A stretch of 63,148 bases of DNA, filler included, from Octopus bimaculoides (Eukaryota): NCBI RefSeq assembly GCF_001194135.2. It is 7 parts of 6 records of this genome, joined end to end, with 100 filler letters (N's around TTAATTAATTAA, not from the genome) between each part and the next. Parts side by side here need not be neighbours in the genome. Positions count along the whole stretch, not along the records: positions 47,941 to 53,475 come from NC_068989.1; positions 53,576 to 59,089 come from NW_026367319.1; positions 59,190 to 63,148 come from NC_068987.1; 4 more parts are not named here. One strand, written 5' to 3'. The translations under genes and the position numbers were made by a program. A model generated the notes under the pieces. The model was given only the letters and a program-made list of their open reading frames with translations. It was not told the origin of the DNA and did not search any database. Shown piece after piece: positions 51,543 to 63,148 of the stretch. How positions within the stretch are numbered: position 1 is the first letter of the stretch; every line of letters begins with the position of its first letter.

Positions 51543-52374
51543 TATAATTTAGAGACAAGAACCAAAGTTCATGAACTCATCCATGAAAATCCACAGTCAA
51601 GTATAGAAAAAAATTAATAAGTAAATACACGATAAATAAGTATAATATAATACAAAGTAAAAATCATATATATATATAGCATGAAAATCTCACAAATCTT
51701 TACATACAGTCTTTAATATAGGTAAGGTACATTAAATAATGTAAACCTAGATACATTATGCTATATATTATGACCTAATATGATGTGAGGCTAGAGATCA
51801 TTTATAAGCAGAACAGTATGTGTACCAGCACACAGTGTCGCCACTAGCAAGACCACAAACTGCAACAGCAAAACGACGGAAGAGAACAACAACCAGGCGC
51901 CATGTTTACCATTGTCATTTTGTCCTACAAATACTCGCTATTATTACTAGCAAGAGTAGTAACTGCAATGACGGCTGCAACAGCACTGAGAGCAGCACCA
52001 GTCGTCAAGGCAACCATTTTAGACAGCCAAATAAATGTTTAATAATATCTATTTGATCTCAGACGATATTCCAATGTACAGGAACTTTAACTGGTTATGT
52101 TACATTTTTGATATTGTTTTTTGTTGTTGTTTTTATTACAGGAAGCATTGTTGCGACAACAACAACAACAGCGACGACGACGACGACAACAACAACAGCA
52201 ACGATTACATTAATAATATCAGCAACAGTCATACCCACTGCAATAACAACAGACGACAGCTAAAACTATCAAAAATAACAACATTTATAACAACAACACT
52301 CACGACAGCAACAACACTAACAGTGGTAATAATAATAATAAATTAATTAATTAATAATAATAATAATAATAATA

Positions 52375-52597
52375 GCAATTCTTTTTACTATATGCACAAG
52401 GCCTGAAATTTGTGGGTGGTGGGACTAGTCGATTACATCAACCCCAATACTTGACTGGTACTTAATTTATCGACCCCGAAAGGATGAAACATAAAGCTGA
52501 CCTCATAGAAATTTGAACTCAGAACGTAAAAAGGCGGACGAAGCACTGGTAAGCATTTTGCCCCGTGTGCTAACGATTCTGCCAGCTCACCGCCTTC
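52375..52597 (-). mobile_element. SINE family B between (AAT)n arrays
   Basis: Family-B core and head. Confidence 0.8.
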
Positions 52598-52615
52598 AAA
52601 ATAATAATAATAATA

Positions 52616-52954
52616 ATAGATATAGCATGCCCAGCTAACAACAAGGTATGCGGTAAGGAAGGAAGAAAAGTTGAGAGATATGACAGGTTAGCTTGGGAAG
52701 TTAAGCAGCTGTGGTCGATGAAAAGGGTGGTAGTAGTACCAATAATTATCGGAGCCCTGGGAACAGTGAGCAAAAATCTCGAGAAGTACGTGGAACAAAT
52801 AGGGGCTGCAATAAGGGTGGAGCACTTGCAGAAAACAGCACTGCTTGGAACCGCTCGAATACTCCCGAAGGTGCTCGATAAATAAGAGGTGTCACCTTAG
52901 TTCACTGAACAGCTGACACCGTAGTACATCTCCAGCGTTAGAAGCTGTGCAAAG

Positions 52955-52956
<2 letters not shown>
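52616..52956 (+). mobile_element. R4/Dong-like LINE, young 5'-truncated 3' end
   Basis: Uninterrupted frame 52616-52885 IDIACPANNKVCGKEGRKVERYDRLAWEVKQLWSMKRVVVVPIIIGALGTV..LQKTALLGTARIL (RLE C-terminus), short 3' UTR. Confidence 0.85.
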
Positions 52957-52986
<30 letters not shown>

Positions 52987-53016
52987 AAGAAGAAGAAGAA
53001 GAAGAAGAAGAAGAAG

Positions 53017-53210
53017 AGTGGTTTCGAATTTAGGCACAAGGCCAGCAATTTTGTGGGTGGGGCCAAGTGGATTACATCGACCTTATTTTAGCGTTCCTGA
53101 AAGCATGAAAGGCAAAGTCGACTTTGACAGAATTTGAACTCAGAATGGAAAGACAAAATACCGTTAAGCATTTCGCCTGTCATGCTAACGTTTCTGCCAG
53201 CTCACCACCT
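53017..53210 (-). mobile_element. SINE family B between (AAG)n and (AAT)n arrays
   Basis: Family-B core and head. Confidence 0.8.
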
Positions 53211-53224
53211 TAATAATAATAATG

Positions 53225-53313
<89 letters not shown>

Positions 53314-53475
53314 AAGCTGGCATTATCAATGAAGGTAGCCACAATTGGCCTAGACACCTATCTGAAAAACTCTGAGGACTGGATGCTAAAACTTGTCTTA
53401 AAATATGAAAGCAAGAAAGCATCTTACTCAGTAACAAAACAGGCAAATGAATATCTAAGTGAATTCCAATTGCAA
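53314..53475 (+). mobile_element. R4/Dong-like LINE internal fragment, runs into gap
   Basis: KLALSMKVATIGLDTYLKNSEDWMLKLVLKYESKK, typical post-RT region; 5' junction in (AAT)n. Confidence 0.7.
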
Positions 53476-53576
53476 NNNNNNNNNNNNNNNNNNNNNNNNN
53501 NNNNNNNNNNNNNNNNNNNTTAATTAATTAANNNNNNNNNNNNNNNNNNNNNNNNNNNNNNNNNNNNNNNNNNNNA

Positions 53577-53847
53577 AGTTTTACAACGGACTTGATAAGG
53601 AAGTCGCAAAGTAGAATTTCGGAGATTCATATTGATCCTAATGAGAAGGAAAGAAGAGATGTGAGTCCAGATATGTATAAACTAAAACTAGGGCTGTAAC
53701 ATTTATTTCAAAATTATTTTCAAATAATCGTGAAAGTTTAGTTCAAGTTTATATATAACTGGACTCACATCTCTTGTTTTTCATTAGGATGAATATGAAT
53801 CTCCGAAATTCTACTCGCTATTTCCTTTTATAAAGTACTTGTAAACA
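53577..53847. mobile_element. Foldback element, about 110-bp arms, 48-bp spacer
   Basis: gtagaatttcggagattcatatt...aagagatgtgagtccag vs its reverse complement at 53759-53815. Confidence 0.85.
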
Positions 53848-54997
53848 TTTTCTTTATACTTCTTGCACTGAAGATAATACTAATATATAATAAATGTGAT
53901 TTAATTAATTTAATTATTTCTATTGAACCATGAATTTGCTTGATTTTGTATATCGCTGTTCGAAACGATCGTCTTACATTTTAACATCGTTTGTTCTCCA
54001 TGGGGTCTCATAGTATCACTCCTGGGGTCTCATACTATTACCATGTAAAATTTGATTTGATTTCGTTGAGCCGTTCGAGAATACATTGGTAACAATGATA
54101 CCAAGTATTATTTATATATATANNNNNNNNNNNNNNNNNNNNNNNNNNNNNNNNNNNNNNNNNNNNNNNNNNNNNNNNNNNNNNNNNNNNNNNNNNNNNN
54201 NNNNNNNNNNNNNNNNNNNNNNNNNNNNNNNNNNNNNNNNNNNNNNNNNNNNNNNNNNNNNNNNNNNNNNNNNNNNNNNNNNNNNNNNNNNNNNNNNNNN
54301 NNNNNNNNNNNNNNNNNNNNNNNNNNNNNNNNNNNNNNNNNNNNNNNNNNNNNNNNNNNNNNNNNNNNNNNNNNNNNNNNNNNNNNNNNNNNNNNNNNNN
54401 NNNNNNNNNNNNNNNNNNNNNNNNNNNNNNNNNNNNNNNNNNNNNNNNNNNNNNNNNNNNNNNNNNNNNNNNNNNNNNNNNNNNNNNNNNNNNNNNNNNN
54501 NNNNNNNNNNNNNNNNNNNNNNNNNNNNNNNNNNNNNNNNNNNNNNNNNNNNNNNNNNNNNNNNNNNNNNNNNNNNNNNNNNNNNNNNNNNNNNNNNNNN
54601 NNNNNNNNNNNNNNNNNNNNNNNNNNNNNNNNNNNNNNNNNNNNNNNNNNNNNNNNNNNNNNNNNNNNNNNNNNNNNNNNNNNNNNNNNNNNNNNNNNNN
54701 NNNNNNNNNNNNNNNNNNNNNNNNNNNNNNNNNNNNNNNNNNNNNNNNNNNNNNNNNNNNNNNNNNNNNNNNNNNNNNNNNNNNNNNNNNNNNNNNNNNN
54801 NNNNNNNNNNNNNNNNNNNNNNNNNNNNNNNNNNNNNNNNNNNNNNNNNNNNNNNNNNNNNNNNNNNNNNNNNNNNNNNNNNNNNNNNNNNNNNNNNNNN
54901 NNNNNNNNNNNNNNNNNNNNNNNNNNNNNNNNNNNNNNNNNNNNNNNNNNNNNNNNNNATATGTGTGTGTGTGTGTGTGTGTGTATGTGTGTGTGTA

Positions 54998-55028
<31 letters not shown>

Positions 55029-56332
55029 ATTTGCATTAAATTATACAATTCAATTAAACGTAAAACTTTCGGTTAACTCGGAATGCGAAGGAAATTCCGA
55101 GTAAGTGAACGCTAGAGTGTTTAATATTTAGTCTATCATGCATAATGTTAAGTCAGTATATCATAACTAATATCCCAAAGACGGTTACAAATAAATTGCG
55201 TTGAAGAAAATTATATATAAATGTCTGTTTGTGAAGAGAAAAATGTGCAATTAATCTGTAGAATTTACTGAATTGTTTAGAAATAGGAAAATGTCGTGTA
55301 TATATAATGAAGCATGCAAATATAAATTGGTATAACAAAAAGAAGAATATAAAAAAAAATATCCCTGAAACGAATGATATATACGGTTAAAGAAAGCATA
55401 AATGGAAAATATAACATATACTTTATATATTAAACCGGAGTGTATGCATGTGAGTATGCCGGTATGTGTAACCTTCATATGAAGCTTCATACGCTTCTCA
55501 GTACATGCACGTAAATTCAACTGCGCCACTTACAAACGAAAGAAGTCTCCACTACAGTTTGGTAGACAAAGGCAAGTGAATCTGTAGGTGATACATTTAA
55601 GAAAATATATGCGCAAGATGACTCAGTTTAAAAGTTAGTTATAGGGAGTGACGGATACAAGCAAACCTTGGGCAATATTCCTGACATCGCATCAAGCTAT
55701 GCTATGATAGGTACGTAGCGATACAAGATCATCGTATCTTTATACTGAGCGTAAGCTGTTTTCTGGCGTCTCTATGTGTTTTTTTTTTTGGCTGGGGGGG
55801 GTCTTATATTTTCCATCCAAGGGAGTCAGCCATCGGTGTTGCTAACTAATTTCCACCATATAATGAAAGTTGAATAAAGTATTTACTTAACCATATATAA
55901 TTATCATATATCGATTTTGCCTGGTACTACCAATTTGGCTTCTTCAAGTGGTATCAAAAAAACCTTAAGGGAAACCTGTCCATGTGCTTCTCAATGTTTG
56001 GAGAGAAGAAGAACGCATTCCACCTCCATGACAGCAGGTATAACTGCTATATATCATTTAGAGATTAACCTTATCACCCCACTTTAACGTTTGAATTTTC
56101 AACGGTGCATGTTAACTCTCTTTGTATTGAAATGTACCACGAAAGCACTAGGTGACATTCAAGAACAGAGACGAAAAACAGCCATCTAGCATAAGTTGTA
56201 AAATCAGTAACTCTGTTACTTCGAAGCTTGCACATTGCGAAGGTTCAAATCACTTAGTCGCGCATGCGTACCCCAAGAGAAGCTAACTAAGGTGCCTCGT
56301 TATCTTTGCTCTCAATATTGAAAATCATTCCT

Positions 56333-56482
56333 AGGTGCCGAGCAGTCAGAATGGTTAGCATGTCGAACAAAACGCTTAGCAGCATTTCGTCCGTCTTCAG
56401 CGTTTGTTTTCAAATTCCGAGGAGATCAACTTTCAATTTTTGAAAACGACCTCAGCGCTAGTTGAACACTGGAGTCGATTTA
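56333..56482 (+). mobile_element. SINE family B, old
   Basis: gcagtcagaatggttagcatg...gcttagcagcatttcgtccgtc...caaattccgaggagatcaacttt. Confidence 0.6.
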
Positions 56483-57134
56483 ATCAATTTGGTTCCTCCC
56501 CACTATCCTGCTGGTTTCTGAATTTCAAACCAATATTGGAAATCTTTCCCTTTGCTATCCACCTGAAGTTTGCTTTATAATCTGTCATGAAGCTTGTCAT
56601 CTCAAGTCTGTTTTTTGCCAACTGTGATATAGAAAGAAAAAAATGTATACAGAAAAACGATTCGAAATAATTAGAATAATAATTAGAATTCAGGGAAAAA
56701 CCACCTGAAAGAAACATTACAAAATTTTAATAATGAACAATTATCTGTCAACGCAGTCGCCTCTTAAAAATTCATTTTTGTTCGAGAATCTTTATTATCT
56801 TCACATGTACTCTTATAAGTGTTTCATGGAAACTAACAACTAATTTTTCTACTTTTTGTATTCTTACACGTTTCTTCATCAATAATTTATGTCTTCTTGT
56901 GATATATTTACACACCTGCAGAATTTCTGATTGAGTATGTGAAATCATATTATATGTTGTATATATTTAAAATTTGTTGATATACATTCATTATTAGTAA
57001 TCGAGAGAATACTGAATAGTTTTTGTTAGAAAATTAGGCGTTTTCGGTTTGGGTTGTAAACTTATCGACATCGATATCGGTGCAGAGAATAAATTTTATA
57101 ATTTGCTGTAACTGGGGATTAACTGATTTATTTC

Positions 57135-57770
57135 TTCTTTTATTCTTTTACTTGTTTCAGTTATTTGACTGCGGCCATGCTGGAGCACCGCCTTTAATCT
57201 AACAAACCCAGGACGTATTCTATTGGCCACTTGCCGAACTGCTAAGTTAAAGGCACGTAAGCACACCAGCATCAGTTGTCAAGCGATGTTGAGGGAACAA
57301 ATGCAGACACACAAACACACACACACATATATGTATATGTATATATATATANNNNNNNNNNNNNNNNNNNNNNNNNNNNNNNNNNNNNNNNNNNNNNNNN
57401 NNNNNNNNNNNNNNNNNNNNNNNNNNNNNNNNNNNNNNNNNNNNNNNNNNNNNNNNNNNNNNNNNNNNNNNNNNNNNNNNNNNNNNNNNNNNNNNNNNNN
57501 NNNNNNNNNNNNNNNNNNNNNNNNNNNNNNNNNNNNNNNNNNNNNNNNNNNNNNNNNNNNNNNNNNNNNNNNNNNNNNNNNNNNNNNNNNNNNNNNNNNN
57601 NNNNNNNNNNNTATACATACACGTCGGGTTTCATTCAGTTACGACCTACAAGGCTTCGGTCGGCCCGAGGCTACTGAAGAAGACAGTTACCGAAGGTTCC
57701 ACGCAGTGAGATTGAACCCGGAACCATGTGGTTGGTAAGGAAGCTAGTTAACACTACCACTCCTGCGCCT
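57135..57770 (-). mobile_element. SINE family A with assembly gap in its internal (TA)n
   Basis: Tail at 57135-57350, head at 57612-57770. Confidence 0.85.
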
Positions 57771-58502
57771 CATAATAAAGAATTTAACATAAGACAGTGT
57801 GTACCCGCTGGCCCGAATTATTACAAATAGTAATCATACTTCAGCCATTATTTACTCTGAAACAAAATACCTCAAGATATGTAAAATATCTCACATTATT
57901 ATCGCTGGGTTATCCATAAATACAAAAAAACAAAGATAAACAATAATATGAACAGCATAATAACCAACACCAACATCAGAAACAATGAACACATTCACAT
58001 ACTGACTTGTATGGCTACTGAAATCAAGAGATACTATTAAAAGTTATCACACGAACAAGTATCTTCGATCAACAGATGAATAATAGTTATATTTATGTTG
58101 TTTATTTGTATGTTACTTACTAGTCACTAAATATTGGAGACCAAACAGACACGCAAAAAATATTTAAGAAAATATATTTGAACAGTATTGTTTTATAGCA
58201 AACATTAAGCATGGCAACATGACTTGGATGATCCATGATACGCCGTAATGATTTCAGCAGTGCCATCCGCAGGAGTACTGACGGAATTTCGTTAGCCAAT
58301 AATAGAATTTCAATGGCTTTTAGCAAATGTTTTCTGCGCAAAATGAATTTTCGGCCCATTTACAGTAGTCTAAATATGTATAACTTCTGCCCGCACACAC
58401 GTTATTTGATATTCGTTAATTATTAAGAGGTTTTACTTACATGTGTGTGTGTGTATGTGTCAACCCACTCAAACGGCAGCCGCGTTGAAGTGGCTACCAA
58501 TA

Positions 58503-58915
58503 TTATATACATATATAATAAGATAAAGAAAATGGAGATTGAGAAGTTAATAATTGTTTATCATTAACGGGAAATTAATCAGCATCCCTTACAGTTATTT
58601 GAATTAAATCTCAGTAGATATTATGTAAATACTGAATGTATATGATCTGAGGATAATAAATTCAGAAGGGAAAAGATATACTCTTGGATGTTTTATATGT
58701 GTTTGAATCCATAAACACATATAAAACATCAAATGATATGTCTTTTCTACCTCTGAAGATATTATGATCAGGTAATATAAATTTAATATTTATTGAACAT
58801 TTACTGAGCATTAACTGAAAAAGCTGTAGGCGATGATGATTTATTTGCTGTTAATAATAAACAATTGTTATCTTCCCAAACTACATTTCCTTTTACTTCT
58901 TTTATATGAATATAA
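58503..58915. mobile_element. About 410-bp imperfect palindrome (foldback) with decayed outward-facing HHRs
   Basis: Centre is a perfect 18-bp stem (58687-704 / 58713-730); arms align outward; right arm CUGAAGA (58753-59)...GAAAAAGCUGUAGG (58817-30). Confidence 0.8.
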
Positions 58916-60119
58916 ACTATGTGTTTCTGTATGTGTACGTATTATTTTAAGGGAATACATTCTCCAACATACTAGATATTGAACCAATATTTCCTTCGAT
59001 GAACATCCCTTCATGAGGTTAACGTAACATCTAATTCAATTTATACACACAGACAAAGACACAGACACACAAACATACACATATTTTTTNNNNNNNNNNN
59101 NNNNNNNNNNNNNNNNNNNNNNNNNNNNNNNNNTTAATTAATTAANNNNNNNNNNNNNNNNNNNNNNNNNNNNNNNNNNNNNNNNNNNNATATATATAAT
59201 ATAATATACACATATATGTATTTATATACAAATGTATATGTGCATATATATGTGTGTGTGTGGGTATGTGTGAATGTATGTATGTTTATATTTATATATG
59301 TATATTTGTGTATATATATAGGTACATGTGTGTATGTGCATGTATGTATGTATGTATGTATAGTACAAAATAGATTTTTCTTATTTCTAAAGTGATGTGT
59401 TTTAAAATCTTGCTCTTTTCAACCATGAAAAAGTAATTTCCAGGCAACATGGTAAAATTTTTCTCGATGTTGTTGATGTTGCTGCTGATGTTGTTTTATG
59501 TTTTTGCCGTTGCTATTGTGGTTGATGATGATGATGATGATGATGATGTTGTCACTGCTGCTTTCCCCCCTGTTCATTGTGCTGATGTTTTATAGTATTT
59601 ATGGTTCTTGGTTGATGCTTAACTTTCGAAATTTGTTGAAGATAAAGAATAAATCTGTCAATTGCTGGAGCTATTCTTGATGACTAGCAGAGTCTAAATA
59701 TGAATGACTGTATGAGATGTGTGTGTTTGTAAGACACTCGTTTCGTTAAAAACCTTTTGGTATATTTCACTGCCTATTTGTTACAGAGGAGTCGAAAGCA
59801 TAATGTACCTTATAAATGTTAAGCATATCAAACAAGCAACAAATACAAGCAAAACAATTGTTCAGTTTCCCCGCTTGCGGGAATGATTTGTGCAAGGAGG
59901 TATTAGTGAAAGGCCGACGTTCTGGAAAGGAAATATTGCGTAGCGTGATTAATGCAATGTCTGGTGAGATGGGAGATTACTATGATGAGAGGAAAAGAAA
60001 CAAGATGGACAAGAACTTTTAAGAGGAAAAGGTATGAAACCAGCCAGGATATAGTCATCAAATGACAACCAGCAATCAACGACGCCGAGTTTGTCATCAA
60101 TTGCGATAAATAATAAATT

Positions 60120-60636
60120 ATCGGTTTCAAATTTTGGCACAAGGCCAGTAACTTCGGGGGAAGCATGAATATATTACATTGATGCCAGTGCATAACTGGT
60201 ACTCATTTTATCGACCCCAAAAGGCTGAAAGATGAAATCGACGTCGGTGTAATTTGAACTCACAGTGTAAAAATGAACGAAATGCCGATAAGCAATTTTC
60301 CCGGATACTCTACCAGCTCGCAGCCTTCGTCCCAACAAACGTTATGTCAATCAGATATTACAGGTATTATTAATCAGAGCAAAAAATGAGTGCTTTTCAT
60401 TTCTATTTTTGTTAATTAATCCTTTCTACTGGAGTCACAAGGCCTCAAATTTTGGGGGAAAGACATTAAGTCGATTACATCGAGCACAGTGCGTAACTGG
60501 TACTTCATTTATCGTCCCCAAAATGCTGAAAGGCAAAGTCGACCTCGGTGGAATTTGAACACAGAACGTAACGGCAGACGAATTACTGTTAAGCATTTCG
60601 CCCGGCGTGCTAACGATTCTGCCAGCTCGCCGGCGG
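60120..60636 (-). mobile_element. Two family-B SINEs (60120-60328 and 60420-60636)
   Basis: Family-B core and head; second followed by (GGT)n. Confidence 0.8.
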
Positions 60637-61523
60637 CGGTGGTGGTGGTGGTGGTGGTGGTGGTGGTGGTGATGGTGACAATGACTATTTTTTACTTGAT
60701 TTAATGTTATTACTTGTGCTGTACTTTCCCAGGTTTATAATCTTAAGAATATTATTTCTCTTGCTCGCATTTTCCCATGTAATCCATGATCTTTCCAGAT
60801 TATGCCATTATGCTAATTAATAATGTGTCAATTAATAATTTAAGATTTTACCTTATTGAAAATTGTCTAATATTTAAGCTGACGTAATTAAACTAATTGC
60901 AAATTACCGGGGTCTTTGATAATTTTTTCGTTACCTCAATGATGCCGGTAACATATATTAAAAGTCCCTTTATAGAACTATATTCACAAAAAAGTATAGA
61001 ATAATATTATCACCCTCAAATTTGAGAAACAAACACTCATAACTTTTTTCTTTTCAAACTTCATTGCATGAGATCAATACCATGAAATTCCTCGAATTGA
61101 GCTCTATCATTTAAGTGAGTAAATTGGGTCCTTAAGAATATTATTACACTACTAGCGTTGTTGAATGATGCGTTTATACATACTTACATATACACATACA
61201 TATATATATACACACACAAATGCACATACACACATACACATATACATGCATACATATCCATATATACATATCCATATATACATATACATATATANNNNNN
61301 NNNNNNNNNNNNNNNNNNNNNNNNNNNNNNNNNNNNNNNNNNNNNNNNNNNNNNNNNNNNNNNNNNNNNNNNNNNNNNNNNNNNNNNNNNNNNNTTGTCT
61401 CTCACACTCTCTCTCAATGTTCTATAGTCAAAAACATAAAAAACACTAAATGAACATCTCTAAAAGAAGTAAAAGTCAGACGAATACGGTGTTAATCGAA
61501 CGCTTGAGATGGGTCCAGAGTGA

Positions 61524-61557
61524 CCTGACGTTTCGGACGTTAGTCCTTCTTCAGAAA
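61524..61557 (-). ncRNA. Minimal type I hammerhead, intact core
   Basis: UUU-CUGAAGA-A-GGAC(UAAC)GUCC-GAAA-C-GU-C-AGG; palindrome ACGU, GUC triplet. Confidence 0.75.
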
Positions 61558-61883
61558 GAAGAGGAAAAAAGAGGGGTAGAGAGAGAACGAAAGAGAACGA
61601 GTGAAAGTGATAAAATAGTTATAATGATAACTTAATTAAAGAACAGGACGCATGAGAAAAAGAAAATTCTAAAAGGCAAGTGTTAGCTAATATAGGTGAG
61701 GAGTAATGCCGGTGCGTGTGTGTATGTGGGTGTTTGTGTGTATGCGCATGTGTGTAATTTCTAGCTGAGTCGTAAGAAAGCGCGCGCGCGCGTATTTGTG
61801 TGAGGCTGTGTTCGTGCAAGTCTGCTTGTGTGTGTAACATGTGCCAAAGATGTGTTGTAGGATTGTCTGGAGAAGTTCAAAGA

Positions 61884-62307
61884 AGGCGCCAGCGTGGCTA
61901 TGCGATAAGAAGTTTGCCACCCAACCACATGGTTCCATGTTCAGTCACGCTGCGTGGCACCTTGGGCAAGTGTCTTCTACTATAGCCACGGGCCGACCAG
62001 AGCCTTGTGAGTGGATTTGGTAGACAGAAGCTGAAAAAAGCCCATCATATATATATAGTTGAAATTTATGGGAAAACAAAAGACGAAGACGGGTGTATGA
62101 ACAACAAGCAGGTGTATTAGTTTGACGCTCGGGAGAGTGAGGAAGTCTTTTACATTTCGAGCCTACGCTCTTCAACAGAAAAGGATAAGCGAAAATAAAT
62201 AGAGATGAAAAAAAACTTGTGCATTTAGTGGTTAAGCATGGCGACTGGCATACACACACACACGCACACACACGCACACACACACACACTTATATATATA
62301 TATATAC

Positions 62308-62406
<99 letters not shown>

Positions 62407-62705
62407 TATACATATATATACATATATATATGCATATATATATATACTTATATATATATACATATATATACACGTGTGTGTGCATGTGCGTGCGTTTATG
62501 ATCTTGTGTGTGTGCTTGAGCCCACCACCGCTCGACAACCGGTGTTGGTGTGCTTACGTACCCGTAACTTACCTATTCGGTAAGTAGAATAGGTACCAGT
62601 CTTAAAAAATAGCCCTGGGGTCAATTCGTTCGACTAAAATCTCTTCAAAGTGGTGCTCCAGCATGGCCGCAGTCTAATGACTGGAATAAGTAAAAGATCG
62701 AAGAC
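61884..62705 (+). mobile_element. SINE family A split by a PLE-like insertion and expanded (TA)n
   Basis: Head 61884-62050, foreign 62051-62250, microsatellite to about 62510, tail 62520-62705. Confidence 0.8.
62146..62182 (-). ncRNA. Hammerhead-like motif with U at position 6
   Basis: UUUU-CUGUUGA-A-GAGC(GUAG)GCUC-GAAA-U-GU-A-AAAG. Confidence 0.55.
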
Positions 62706-63148
62706 GAAAGAAAGTATAACGTGAACAGAATAATATGCGCATGCACATGTGTGGATGATGGCAGAACGTGTTATGGTGGAAGGAGAGTATTAGTTGTCCA
62801 AAATTGCTGCGCGTGTGTCGTTTGGAAAGTTTCTGCTCTAAAGACGGACCGTTTGGCGTGGGCGTGCGACAAAGAAGAATTGATAGAGAATTTAAAAACC
62901 GATAAATATATAATGGAGAAAGAAAAATGTAAAACAAAGGAAGAAATGAATACGGTCAACACACACACACACACACACGCGCGCGCGCGCATATACGTAT
63001 ATATAAACCAAATGAAATGTAATAAAATGGTAGAGACAAATAGGTAAAGACAAAGAAAAGTAAATGGCGAAATATAAAGCCACTCTAAAATAATTGGTTA
63101 TTCTTGTCTTTAAGATGTGACTGAGAGAACATTTTATTCCCTCTTTAT

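Noticed and set aside
58120-58359. 79-aa minus ORF with possible splice sites
   Set aside because: Weak donor context, no recognisable protein, phase incompatible with the candidate exon at 56621
59816-60036. 68-aa ORF near AAG|GTATGA donor
   Set aside because: Main frame stops before the donor; no homology recognised

Overview
AT-rich, gap-ridden eukaryotic scaffold. About a quarter is N by eye, and six 100-bp gaps contain an artificial TTAATTAATTAA linker. No host protein-coding gene can be confidently identified, and nearly all long ORFs in the track are N-run or microsatellite artefacts. The window is intron-like or intergenic DNA packed with tRNA-headed SINEs (at least 4 families), LINE fragments (CR1/Zenon-like, R4/Dong-like, HERO-like), decayed Tc1/mariner DNA transposons, MITEs and very long microsatellites. 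This repeat profile resembles an octopus genome (inference from recalled SINE sequences, not verified). The main signal, read by eye, is a dense and diverse set of minimal type I hammerhead ribozyme (HHR) motifs. About 9 are clearly parseable and several more are decayed. Nearly all have a short palindromic helix III (ACAGCUGU, ACGGCCGU, ACACGUGU, AACCGGUU, AACGUU, ACGU), the hallmark of Penelope-like-element ribozymes. They occur in two unusual settings: (i) ORF-less foldback elements whose two arms each carry an outward-facing HHR (three unrelated sequence families at 13.1, 29.8 and 58.5 kb), and (ii) a tRNA-headed SINE with an HHR in its 3' part (36.3-36.7 kb). All family names come from remembered motifs and need database confirmation. 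Coordinates were counted by hand and boundaries may be off by a few bases.
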